DNA from: Podarcis muralis
Lineage: Eukaryota
DNA length: 64,000 bases
Direction of reading: 5' to 3'
Assembly: GCF_964188315.1 (NCBI RefSeq)
Contig: NC_135657.1
Location: 78,740,001 to 78,804,000, forward strand
Position 1 is the stretch's first letter, and every line of letters begins with the position of its first letter. Shown here one piece after another: positions 41,234 through 53,389 of the stretch. The translations under genes were made by a program, and so were the position numbers. The notes below the pieces were generated by a model. That model searched no databases. It saw only the letters and a list, made by a program, of their open reading frames with translations, and was not told the DNA's origin.

Positions 41234-41393
41234 GGTCGAAAGGAGTCGGATTTCGCGCAGCAGCGCGGAGGTGGTTAAAAAAAAAACAGTTGGTGGGCAA
41301 GGGGAAAAAAGAGCTGGGGCGCAAGGGGTGCGAGTGCGGAGCGTCCGCTCGGGGTTTTAAGTACCTGCGCTGGTTAGGCGATCAGCTCCGCTG

Positions 41394-41405
41394 CTAGGAG
41401 AACAT
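41394..41405 (-). promoter_or_regulatory. Minimal uORF (Met-Phe-Ser-stop) upstream of PNRC1
   Basis: Minus strand ccgccATG TTC TCC TAG, 160 nt upstream of the main ATG. Confidence 0.55.
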
Positions 41406-41967
41406 GGCGGGGGAGTGAAGAGAAGTCGCCACAACGCCCCACTGTTGTTACTCGAGAAGACCGCACCCCCTTCCCGCTGCCTGCCTATCAGAACGGAAAG
41501 CTTGTATGGGAGCCCGCCTTTCCGTCGCCGTTGCCCAATCAGCCCCGAGCATGTCCTGTGAGGGCCTCCCTACTTTCCCCAATGAAGACGGACACAAATA
41601 CTGTGCAGGAGGTCACGCCCCCTTTCTAGAACGAGCCGTTGCTTTCTCAGCTTCTCGCTTAGCGATGAGCGAAATGAGGAGAGGGTGCTTCACCTCCCCA
41701 CTGCCAGTCCTCTTAGGAGTGCAGACCACCCACCCTTCATTTGAGAATAAGCCCCATTGAAGTCAGTGGGATTCACTTCGGAGTAAACAAGCGCAGGGTT
41801 GCGCTGTTAGGCGGCAGCCGCCAATCAAGCGCGACAAATCGCGGGAGCCACGCCTCCCCCGCCTGCGAGCCGGCTAATCCGAAGCGCGTATGGAGGCCAA
41901 GGCCCGCCTCCTTTCTGAGAGAGGGGGCGGTTGATACCTCCGGCAGTTCCGAGTAGCGCGCCGGGCA

Positions 41968-42465
41968 ATGGCTGAGGCGGCGGGAGTTTCCCCGCGGGGC
42001 GGCGGGGCGGGTAGCCTGTCGGAGGAGCCGCCGAGCGGCCTGGAGCGCGAGGGCCCCGTGCGCTGGGACGGGCGCCTCACGCACTTCGTGGCCCGCGACT
42101 TCGAGCAGCAGATGCGGCGCAGCGCCCCGCCGGGCTCCGGCTGCCTCATCCCCGCCGTGGACCCCGCGGCGCTGCAGGACCTGGCGGCTCTGGCCGTGCA
42201 GGCGGCGTCGCAGGTGGACGAGCTGCTGCGCAGCGTGCACGGCGCCCTGCAGGCCCTGACGGCGCTCAGCGTGGGCTGCATCCAGACGTACCGCGACGGC
42301 GTGGAGAGCCTGGGCGAGGCGGTGGACACCAGCATCCGCTCCATGTACACCCTGATGGCGCGCTGCGAGGAGCTGGACAAGGCCATGCAGCCGGTGCCCG
42401 CCTTGGCCCGGCGCATCCGGGACATGAAGGGGGCGCTGGAGAAACTCGAGGGGCTCTGCAAATAG
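41968..42465 (+). CDS. BORCS6: BORC subunit 6 (lyspersin/C17orf59-like), intronless, 165 aa
   Basis: gcaATGG; LTHFVA motif and C-terminal ALTALSVGCIQTYRDGVESLGEAVDTSIRSMYTLMARCEELDKAMQPV...LEGLCK closely match recalled human BORCS6. Confidence 0.92.
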   Translation: MAEAAGVSPRGGGAGSLSEEPPSGLEREGPVRWDGRLTHFVARDFEQQMRRSAPPGSGCLIPAVDPAALQDLAALAVQAASQVDELLRSVHGALQALTALSVGCIQTYRDGVESLGEAVDTSIRSMYTLMARCEELDKAMQPVPALARRIRDMKGALEKLEGLCK

Positions 42466-45400
42466 GCCTCGCCGGGCTCGCTTGGTGCCTGGCGCTGAAA
42501 CGAAGTAAGCTGGTTTCCGGACAGCAGATCTCTCCTCGGCGCTGGTGGCTTCCCTGTCAAAACCCGCTCTGGCCTTTTACTCCGTTGATCTCAGGACAAT
42601 TGCATAGCTTTCTCTTAACCAATCTTTTTGTTCGAAACTGTGCAAAATCAATTGTGCCACGTAATAAATACTTACTTCTCCTCTTGCAACAAACTCTGAC
42701 ACATATCGCATTTCCAGTACATGCTTATGTGGCTTTGTTGAACAGATTTTCTTAGTGTCCCTTATATTGCTATAAAAAGCCATAGAATGGACTCTTACCG
42801 ATTGATCCTCTATATATAATTACTCAGGAGTACGTCCTTCCTAAGTAAGGGATTCCTAAGCTTTCTGCCTGAGGCTGCAATCCTGAAGATGCTTACTAGG
42901 TAGAAAGTCCCATTTTGAATTTTCCAAATAAAACATGCAAAACACTTTGTCTACTGTATCTGAAATTTTATGTCTGCAATTGCTTATGCGGATACAGTTA
43001 AATTAAATGGAATGCAGTCGTAGTTCTGGAAGGTGGCTAATACATTCACTGGCTGAGAGACATTGTTGTGCTGCGTAAGACACAGACGTTTATTACAACA
43101 AATATTCACTATCTTGCACTTAACGAGTATAATTCACAAACTTGTGCTTCTTCTATTTAATAAAATACTCAAAATAGATTATTAGTATTGGTTTTTATAA
43201 CAAACTAGAAATTAACATTCAGCTTCTAACTTGAGGTGGCAATTTCCAGCCACTTACTCTGGCAGACAGTAAGCCCGCAACTTGTGTACATTTAACTTGT
43301 GTGCATTCAGGTTTAAGCATATGGCAAAACTTAAAAAAAAATTAAAAGGGGCGGGGCTCTGGGAAAATTGCTTTGTCAATCTCACCCACTATTGACTCTG
43401 CATATGTAATCCCTGCATAAATTGTAGGCCTGCTGTAATGTTAACTGTTTCATAGAGGTTTTTTGGCTCAAGTTTTAACTCTGAGCCAACCAAGCTATGC
43501 TTCTTGGATTTAAAGCTACTGAGGGAAATATGGTAATGTGAAACCAAGAGCTAGTGTGCTGCAGTGAACTTGGAATTCCCAGGCTCAAACCTGGCCTCGC
43601 CCATAAAATGATTTGGCAAGGCCACATTCCCAGGGCAAGGAATGAGGGCACATGATGCAGGAAATGTGCTGAAGATAAGCAAGTCTGGATCTGCTCAGAG
43701 TTTAGATTATATATACAGTACTACTTAGAGTTCCATGGAAGAAGAGTAGGATGTAAACGTCATAAAATGTCCCTGACCATACTTGTAATTACCCTGACAC
43801 AGTGTCATTATATGGTAACTTCAAATATTCACAAGTAATGGCACCAGTTAATGAACCCTGGCAGGGGTTTCCCAAGCCTTCTATCTGATAGGCTTTTCAA
43901 TGGGAATGTCAATGGTAGAAACTGGGACCTTACATACAAGGCGTATGCTCTTACAGAGCTTTGGGTTCTCGCCACATCAAGCACATTTGAAGCCATACAC
44001 TCAGAATTTCCTATTCTGGATCATATTTTTAAAACATAATAATGCTCTAGTAACTGAAACCTGTAAATTCTGACTTCTGTAGCACAACCTTACCAACTGT
44101 ATTGCCAACTATAGAAAGTGATACGGTTTTTATGGACATATATACTGTATACCTATGCACTTTTATGACACGAGCTATAATGTAAACTCATTAAAGCGAG
44201 AAACAATGACTTACTATTGCCTGCAAAACAATACCAATGGAGCAAATAACAATTCTGTGTTGCTCATCACTGACACTTGTTAAAGCTCCCTGGTGCTACT
44301 CACAAATAGATAAGATTTGGGCTGCACTGTTGGTATCATTAATCCCACTCTGTTGGGTTTGGGTTTTTAAAAGGCTTGAAATAATACATGTTACAATGGA
44401 ATGCAACTACAAGAATAATTACTATTTGGTTTTAATCACCACTGAAGTTGCTGAAATTAAAATAACTTGAATGCAACATAGACTGAGGCAGTAGTTCTGC
44501 CTATAATAATAAAAACACCTATTTAATATTAGGATGATTTTGTATAACTTTGCAATTCTGAAGAGTTAAATATCAAAGTCCTTGTTGGTTGGTATAATAA
44601 GATGTACAATAACATTTTCTTTCAGCACTAGCACTGGGGGGAAAATGTTTGAAATTCCAGGTTGTAGTTATGCAAATGTTTCATATTTGAAAGTGCTAGC
44701 ATTAGATTTCTAGTGCATATAAGCAAAAATGACATGAATTTTTTTTCAGCCCGAAGAGGAGCGCTGTAGTAACAATGATAATAATATAATACAATACAAC
44801 ACTTTGGACTGCAATCCTAGAAGCTGGAAATATGCTATCTTTATCCTTTATACTATAGCATATTTATAGTTTTATTTATTTAATTTGTATACCACCCTTC
44901 ATCCAAAGAACACAGGGTGGATAGTGTATTTTAGGGATAGCATTTTCATTTTATGACAAGTTGCTTTTTCTCAGTTAATTCTCACAGCAAATAATTAAGT
45001 GGATTTTAAAACAAATTTAAAGTGTCATATGAGTGAGAGAGTATTTACCCTTAAGGCCTTTTCAGGAGTGTTTAATTAAGTCAACAACTTGGTAGCAATT
45101 ACTTTAATCCAGTAGACTAAAAAGTGTGCTTTTTCCTGATTTATTTGCATCTCTTTGCTGCCAGTCAGTGAGTTATGAACTCAAGGCTCTCTTGTACTTA
45201 GATTTATGAATATTATTCTCACTGGTTTAAGGTATATTAAAGACTGGGTTGTATCCAGTGCCCTTGTGAGAATATCCTCTCATTTCCCTGCATACCTCCA
45301 AATCTGCTCAAGAAGATCCCCAAACCAGAGTAAATTTTGGAAGTAATCGGGGAGAGCGAAGGGCAAAATCCATTATTTGAGCAGAAGGATGTCATTGGGT

Positions 45401-45867
45401 ACGATCTATTGCCTCTAATACATACCTTTTTAAAAATTATTGTGATAATGAAGTATGTAATACTGTAAAGGTGAGGAAGCCCTCAGTGATTTTTGAGGCA
45501 ACGATTTGTGTATCCATATCAGCTCTCAGCTTATTTTCATTTCAGATCTGGCATAAATATACAGTATATTCTTTTTCCTGTACCTGCAGGGTTTTTGTTG
45601 TTGTTTTTGCTTACTGATTTTGAAAAAAACAACTTCCTTTTGAGACTTTCTTATTTGAAAGGAGAATGTCATATTGTATGACTCCAAGATCACTTTGCTT
45701 TGTTTTGTTTTGTTATAATGGATTGCACCCTAATCCTCTTTCTTTTCTTGGAGCTCTGCAAGGTGCTATAGAAGCCCCTTCAGTATGTGCTCCCCCCCAA
45801 GACATCAAAAGCATTTACACCCCAATTGCATTTCTTGCCTCATTTCTCTTTGACATAATGCTTTCAG

Positions 45868-46050
45868 AATTATGCTGGTTTGGGTCAGTAGACAGAACGC
45901 TGGACTTCAACCAAGGAGACTTTGGTTCAAATCCCCCCACCTCACTCTTACTACAAAATTTGCTGGGTGATGATTCTGCAGTCACTCTTTCACATGGTGA
46001 ATATAAGGAAAAAAATAAGGTAAGCCTGTGTGTAGTTGGAGGTCCACAGA
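45868..46050 (+). mobile_element. Decayed tRNA-derived SINE
   Basis: tcagtagacagaacgctggac..ggttcaaatccc head followed by MIR-like core. Confidence 0.45.
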
Positions 46051-47304
46051 GGAAAAACAGAATTCAAGTGTTATTCCTTGTTTAGATGACTTCATTGGCT
46101 TTTCATAGTGTTTTCGTTTTGTTTGTTTTTTTGCTACTATAAAATATCTTAATCTCTGATTTTACATTACAGTATTTCCTTAAAACCGTTCCAGTAATTA
46201 TCTCATTCACATTCTCTCCTTTGTCCTTCCCCTCCTTGTTGCTGTTTGCATGGAATGCCTTTGACGCTAGAATTGTCTGTTTCTCTGAACCTTTAATTTG
46301 GGGGACAGATTTTACAAGCTGAAGTCCTTGATATATACAGCTGTAATTTTGCCAAGTGCTAGATATGACTGCATCCTTTAACAGAATATACCGTATTTTT
46401 TCCCCTGTTACATGAAGTAATAAGAGACTCTGATGCAATTTAAATATTTGACAATCAGAAACATGTTGCAACCCTAAATTACATATGTTGAGCACTTTGA
46501 AAGTATACCAATAAGGGGGTTGTCTGCTATAAATTAAAGGCTGTTAGAAGAAAATTAAACAGCTGCTGCCTAGGCTTGCTCTTGAGGATTATATGCAAGA
46601 ACACTAAATGACTCAGCCTCAGGTGATATGGAGAAAGGGGTGATGTAATTGGTATGAAATACACATGACATCCTAGGGGAAACAACCCCCCCCCCCCGCA
46701 AAACTGCCTGGTTAAAGCTACTTCTATTATTCTGTGCTGATAATTTGGCTCTTGTTTTTTCCCAAGTAACAGCAAAGGAAGGAAGGATTAGGTTGATAGT
46801 ACAAATTTGATTCTTCTAAGTATATATGAATGCGGAAAAACAGAGTTTGTATATCAAAAAAGATGGAGATTCATTTTAGATGGCATGGTGGGTTAAAATA
46901 AAAAGAGTTACCTGGTATTCAACCATAGCCTGTTTATTTTTCGCAGCATCCCCTGGTGCAACCTGAAACCGACAAGACTCCCTTATTAATAGTGCCTCAT
47001 TTAAAGGTCTGCTGTCTCTTTCCCTCATTTCATCTTAAGGCTGCAGGCCTCATTCATGGCTGCAGCAACAGCCAATGTTTTTCCCCCTGCTCTGTTTTTG
47101 TTTACTATCCACCCAGCCTGAAGTTGGATGGAGAATGGAAAGCCTGCATGCTATTTTGTAGCATTTTGTTTGGTTTAACAATGCTGGTTTGGGAATCGTA
47201 TTTATAAGTGTTTGTTTGAAATGAGAGATTAGCAAAATGAGAGATTCTGGAGTAGAAAAACACTTCTTGCTCTGGAAGCTTTCAAACATTATTGTCAACT
47301 CGCC

Positions 47305-47884
47305 TGTTATTACCACTCTTACAGGAATTCTAAGGTCTCATATATACTGTATAAATCATATGTTCATAGGAAGGAAATGGGAAAACCCTCCCCATTGTCT
47401 CTTTGTTCACATATTCTGTCTTAAGGGCATATCTGCGTATGAATAGTGTGAGCCTGTGACCTGGATTCAGGAACTAAGTGTTTACCATCACAAAAGAATG
47501 GCCAGGATGCCCAGGTAAAAGCAATCAGTGACCATTATCAGGTATCTTGGCAGACAGGTTTTCTGCTGTAGACTGCCCCTTCAGTGATGTATGTATGATG
47601 TTTTGGGGGGTGGTCTTGAGCTACAGGGGAGGCAATTTTCAAATGTCTATATAAGAGCTTGCACACCATTCTTCTAGGTTCCTCTCCTTCCTCCCTGTGT
47701 GGGGTGAGCGGGGGACCCTGTTGCAACAGTTTAATAAAGATCATGCTTACTAGCTGCTTAGCTTCTCAATATTCTCTGGTTGGCTTCTGTTATTTTTTCC
47801 TACCGATAGAGAACCTACTTAAGGACTCTATATGGGCTCTTAGATACCCCATAAGGGAAAGGGAGCAGTATTTTTCTTATAACA
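47305..47884 (+). mobile_element. Solo LTR-like element (5' boundary uncertain)
   Basis: TATATAAG at 47648, AATAAA at 47733, ends TATAACA; U3/R region similar to 48848-49480; no TSD resolved. Confidence 0.65.
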
Positions 47885-48847
47885 CCACGTTGTGATACAG
47901 ATATTCCCTCCCTAGAGGAAAGTATGGACATTATTTTAGATTCAGGATATTTCTTGAAGCTCAAAGTTAGAAATAAAGCAATTTAGGATTTCTTTTTTAA
48001 ATAATGCCAAGCTGTAATCTTAACCGTAGCAAATGTAGATTTTTATGGGAGGTTGCCTTAGTAAATTGCATTTCATTGGAAAAGTATTTCCGTGTAGATA
48101 TTTATTATCAGAACCTTAAACTGAGCAAGATGGGACAGAATATCCAAGTATGCTCAAGGGCTGGGTTTTCCTCCTTGTGTTCAGACAGAAGTGAAACTGC
48201 AAAGCTTGTGGATTATTGCTGGCATTTACGTAGTACTGGGAAAAGTCCCGATTGCAACATTCATGCGTCAGCCGAAGAGAGAAGCTCTATTGGCCTCACA
48301 GAATATATGCGATAGAGCAGCAGAAAATGGATTATCTGGAAACCAGCTTTGCTGGGGGGTACATCCTGCTGTTTTTTTTCATTAGGAAATACGGTATGCA
48401 GCGGGGGGGGGGGGAGGGGAGGGAAAAGGAAATATTTGACCCAGTTTCAGTTTTGAATGGAAGCAACATCATGCAAACGCTCCAGGAGCCTTAATTTGCT
48501 TCTGTTTTGGAAATTCCTGATTTGGAAATGAGTGAGACAGTGGCACATATTTAGTTAGGACATTTAACTATTCAGTGTACATTTATGAGATAGTTTATTT
48601 TAAGATCAGACAAAATTAAGCAGTATGGAAAGACATGTTGTAAGCTTGCTCCCTTCTCATGGGCAATTTTCCTCACACACTCCCCCAGCCAGAAAGCAAG
48701 GGAAATAAACAATACAGTAAACCCACAATTTACACAGGGATTACGTCCTGGGGATCGCAACTGTAGCAGGAACCCCCCCACCCCAATCATTCTGCTTGTA
48801 CAAACTTCATACACACACACACTCACACACTACATACGCCACATTTC

Positions 48848-49480
48848 TGTTATAAATTCATAGAAAATCAACCATACATCGGATTTGCACTGTTCCATTT
48901 TTATTTTACTCCATATGACAAGAACTACCAAAGGGGGGTGACTTAGTCCTGGTCAGCCATAATCCCTCCACCATCTCAGCACATCTCAGCACATCTGCAG
49001 GAGCCCTGCCCAGATGATCCCAGACAGAAGGCAATCAAGATCACAAAGAACTTGCATATGGGAGTGGATTCAGCATGGACTGAAACAAAGGACAATGATC
49101 AGATCTTCCCTCAGGGGGCAGGAAACTGCAAACTCCCCTTTGTCTCCTGGAAGTGACTCATGGGGAGGGGGGAAAGGAGGAACCAGCCAGGTGACAAGAT
49201 ACTCAGGTTACCACCAACTCCTCCCTCAACCCCTCCTTTCTGTAATATATGCATGATGTTTCTGGGGGGTGGGCTTGACCTAGAGGAGGGGAATTTCAAA
49301 AGTTTTTATAAGACCTGGCACACTATTTTTCTGGGTCTTTGCTCTCTCCTGCAAGTGAGGGGAACACCCTGAAGCATCAGTTCAATAAAGGCCAAGCCTA
49401 CAGGCTGCTGTTTTGCTCCAAGTTATCCTGGTTGGTGTCTTTGTTTTGTCCAAGGGAGCCCTCGGATTTTTCCGGTAACA
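48848..49480 (+). mobile_element. Solo LTR-like element
   Basis: TGTTA...TAACA termini, TATAAG at 49307, AATAAA at 49384; no TSD resolved. Confidence 0.7.
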
Positions 49481-50049
49481 CACCTAAAGCCAAAATTGTG
49501 CAATGGTGGTTGGAATTGCCAAAGTCTCTTTTTTCTCGACGCCCATCCCCTTTTATTTATATTTTTAACCAAGTGTGTAAAGTTGAATGTGTGCAAGTTA
49601 AACGTGCATAAAGTTGCAGGTTTAATGTACATCGAAAGAAAATTTGATCTTAAGTACAGAATGCTGAAGCAGACATCTTGAATGTTTTTCTCACCTTGAG
49701 ACAATTGGGACCACAATTCAGTTCCAATAATCTGTACAGTCCTCAAACTAGTAAGGTGATACATGATAGACTGGGGAAGCTCCATTTGTCCACTTACGGT
49801 AAATTGTTCATCAGCACACTTCCCTCTCACTTTCTTGAGCTGGGCCCAGGGATTTAGAGAGGAGTTGGGGATTTTCACTTGATCCTTTCTTGCCAGAGTG
49901 TATACTCCTCCACAAATTTCTCCTTTTAGTGTGGCGCCTGTAGTCTCACAGCTGCCTCTTAATTTTCCTAACCTTGCCTCGAAGCGTTTATTCCTGTCTT
50001 CTGTTTGCACAGTGGAAAAACTGCTGAAGACATCTGCCCCTTTATTTTG

Positions 50050-52580
50050 TATGTCTCAAAAACACCTGGTATAAATGGCATCCACTCAAGATTTCTTAAA
50101 GAACTGAAATGTGAAATTGCTGATCTTCTGACAAAAATATGTAACTTATCCCTAAGATCTGCTTTTGTGCCTGAGGACTGGAAAGCGGATAATGTAACAT
50201 CTGTAAGGAAAGGGATCTGGAGCAGGATCTGGGAAATTACAGGCAGGTTAGCTTCTGTTTTGAGAAAACTGATGGAAACAGTTATTAAAGATAACATGAT
50301 CAAGCATGGTTCTTTAAGAACAAAGCCAGAAGAACCAGCATGGTTTCTGTAACAGTAAGTCTGATAACCCTTTAGCGATATTTAAGAGTATCAATAAGTA
50401 CGTAAATAGGGTAGTGTGGTAATCACAGTGTACTTGGACTTCCAAAAAACTTTTCATACAGTCATATTTCAGCAAGGCATTCAACAAGGTATTCTTGTAA
50501 AGAAGCTGGTAAAATGCAGTCTTGACTATGCTACCACTCAGTGGATTTGTAACTGGCTGACTGACCGAACCCAAAGGGTGCTCATAAGTGGTTCCTCTTC
50601 ATTCTGGAGAAGAGTGACTAGTGGGGTGCCACAGGGTTCTGTCTTGGGCCCGGTCTTATTCAACATCTTTATCAACGACTTGGATGATGGACTCAAGGGC
50701 ATCCTGATCAAATTTGCAGATGACACCAAACTGGGAGGGGTGGCTAACACCCCAGAGGACAGGATCACACTTCAAAATGACCTTGACAGATTAGAGAACT
50801 GGGCCAAAACAAACAAGATGAACTTTAACAGGGAGAAATGTAAAGTATTGCACTTGGGCAAAAAAAATGAGAGGCACAAATACAAGATGGGGGACACCTG
50901 GCTTGAGAGCAGTACATGTGAAAAGGATCTAGGAGTCTTGGTTGACCACAAACTTGACATGAGCCAACAGTGTGACGCGGCAGCTAAAAAAGCCAATGCA
51001 ATTCTGGGCTGCATCAATAGGAGTATAGCATCTAGATCAAGGGAAGTAATAGTGCCACTGTATTCTGCTCTGGTCAGACCTCACCTGGAGTACTGTGTCC
51101 AGTTCTGGGCACCACAGTTCAAGAAGGACACTGACAAACTGGAACGTGTCCAGAGGAGGGCAACCAAAATGGTCAAAGGTCTGGAAACGATGCCTTATGA
51201 GGAACGGCTAAGGGAGCTGGGCATGTTTAGCCTGGAGAAGAGGAGGTTAAGGGGTGATATGATAGCCATGTTCAAATATATAAAAGGATGTCACATAGAG
51301 GAGGGAGAAAGGTTGTTTTCTGCTGCTCCAGAGAAGCGGACACGGAGCAATGGATCCAAACTACAAGAAAGAAGATTCCGCCTAAACATTAGGAAGAACT
51401 TCCTGACAGTAAGAGCTGTTCGACAGTGGAATTTGCTGCCAAGGAGTGTGGTGGAGTCTCCTTCTTTGGAGGTCTTTAAGCAGAGGCTTGACAACCATAT
51501 GTCAGGAATGCTCTGATGGTGTTTCCTGCTTGGCAGGGGGTTGGACTCGATGGCCCTTGTGGTCTATTCCAACTCTATGATTCTATGATATTTCCAAACA
51601 CTTCTGAGTAAGTTTAGTGGTCATGGATAAGGGGACAGGTCATCTTACGGATCAGTTACTGATTAAAGAACAGGAAACAGAGAGTAAGGCTAAATTGACA
51701 GTTCTCACAATGGAGAGATGAAAGAAGTAGGTTTTCTCAAAGATCTGTACTGGGACTTGTAGTTTTTAACATGTTCTTAAATGATGTAGAGTTAGGATGA
51801 GAAGTGAGGTGGCCAATTTGCTAATGACACTGAATTGTTCAGGGTAATTAAAACAAGGTTACAACATTTGGGGGCTTTTTAGTCTGGCAAATTGTGAGGG
51901 ACAGGGACATTGACAAGTATAGAAGATTGTGTATGGTGAGGAGAATGTGGATTGGTCCTTTCTCATAGTATTAGAACCTGGGGCCATCTAATAAAACTGA
52001 ACTTTGGAAGATGCAGGACAGATAAAACAAGTGCTTCTTCATCCAGCAGATTGTTAAAGCCGAATGTGCATAAGTTAAATCCTCATAAGTTGCGAGATGC
52101 CTGTGCTTTCTAAGCAATTTCTGCAAAATGAGAGTGGTGAGGATACCTTGTGTATTTCCCCTGTTATTAGACAGCAACAGCATCTGTCTATATGTCTGCA
52201 TGTGTGTGATTTCTATTATCAGGACCAGCAGGACATAGCGGACTTTCCATGGTAAGCAGAAGGTTGTGGGGGTGGGATGATGGGTTCTCTAATTTTGTTG
52301 TCTGCCATGCTTCTCCACTAGTCTGAAAAGCTTGGTGACTCCTGGGTTAGATAAATTTATGGAGGACAAGGCTATCGGTAGCTACTAGTCATGGTGGTGG
52401 TGTAAGAACTATCTCCAATATTATAGGCATCTGAATATAAGTTTCTCTGGGATACAAGGGAGCAGAATACAGTTCTGCTCATGTCCTGCTTGTGAGCTTC
52501 CCATAGGCCTCTAGTTGGCCAGTGTGAAAACAGAATGCTGGACAAGATGGAGCTCTGTCAGATCCAGGAGAACTGTTCTC
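50050..52580 (+). mobile_element. Old decayed CR1 LINE (50050-50470 and 51595-52580), split by a younger CR1
   Basis: TPGINGIHSRFLKELKCEIADLLTKICNLSL..PEDWK..YLDFQK upstream; degenerate continuation and CR1 3' end downstream. Confidence 0.8.
50471..51587 (+). mobile_element. Young 5'-truncated CR1 LINE with an uninterrupted reverse-transcriptase C-terminal part
   Basis: Stop-free frame with [26 protein letters not shown]; (TTCTATGA) tail; 7-bp TSD ATATTTC at 50464-50470 and 51588-51594. Confidence 0.95.
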
Positions 52581-52796
52581 ACGGTAAAGGGAAGTGGCAG
52601 GCATTGTCCTCAATTGTTTACAGGCACACTGAATCCACTGCAGACCCATAATGAAGTCACAATTGGTTTAGTTCTAATTCAGTCTCTGTGGATCCCTTAT
52701 CTGTTAAAAGTGAAGAAACCAAGCTGATTCCCTTCTCTCTTATTGCAGGGCCGCTAATATTGGTGCTCCAACTCTTCTAATCGCCTCTCTTCTGTA

Positions 52797-53015
52797 CAGT
52801 CATATCTCGGGTTAAAAACGCTGCGAGTTGCGCATTTTCGGGTTGCGGACTGTGCCAAACCCGGAAGTACTCACACTCACACATGCACTCACACATGCAC
52901 AGAAGCGCAAAATGACACCATGTGCATGTGCAGACACGGCGCTTCAGGCTACAAACACTGCAGGTTGTGAATATGCCTCCTTCACGGATCACGTTCGCAA
53001 CCAGAGGTATGACTA
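52797..53015. mobile_element. Tigger-like MITE
   Basis: TA then CAGTCATATCTCGGGTT...AACCAGAGGTATGACTA; inverse relative of 22299-22512. Confidence 0.75.
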
Positions 53016-53389
53016 TTTCCCCCAGTTCCACACTAATCAGGCTCTCCAGAGACAGGAGAACTACTATTTTGCATATAACCTTTTTGCCTTCCTGTTTCTT
53101 TTACTTTCTGCACAGCAAATCTGGGTCTTTGAAGACTTTGTCTCATGGTTCCTTATTAGGCAATTTGCTGCTTTTAGTCTCGCTTCTCTATCACCGCAAT
53201 AACAATTAAGTAAATGGTCCAGGCAAGGCGTGGGTGAGCTTGCCTGTGTTTGGAATATTAAACCCATCCTTTTCTGTGTTTTTCTGCAGATGCTATTGAA
53301 TCATTTTAGATTTGCATACTGTCACCTTTAAGTATTTATTTATGAATAATTATTATAACTGCAGCTAAGGTGTGTTCATTACTGGCACT

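Larger units (their letters stand above)
40250..42560. promoter_or_regulatory. CpG island containing the shared PNRC1/BORCS6 bidirectional promoter
   Basis: Start codons diverge 735 nt apart (41233 and 41968); CCAAT boxes near 41536 and 41821; GC boxes. Confidence 0.8.

Noticed and set aside
40249-42560. Antisense and off-frame ORFs over PNRC1 and BORCS6 (e.g. 41874-42560, 228 aa)
   Set aside because: Mirror frames of GC-rich coding DNA with no family resemblance
49423-50010. 195-aa minus-strand ORF
   Set aside because: Non-ATG start, runs into an LTR, no recognisable motif or splice support
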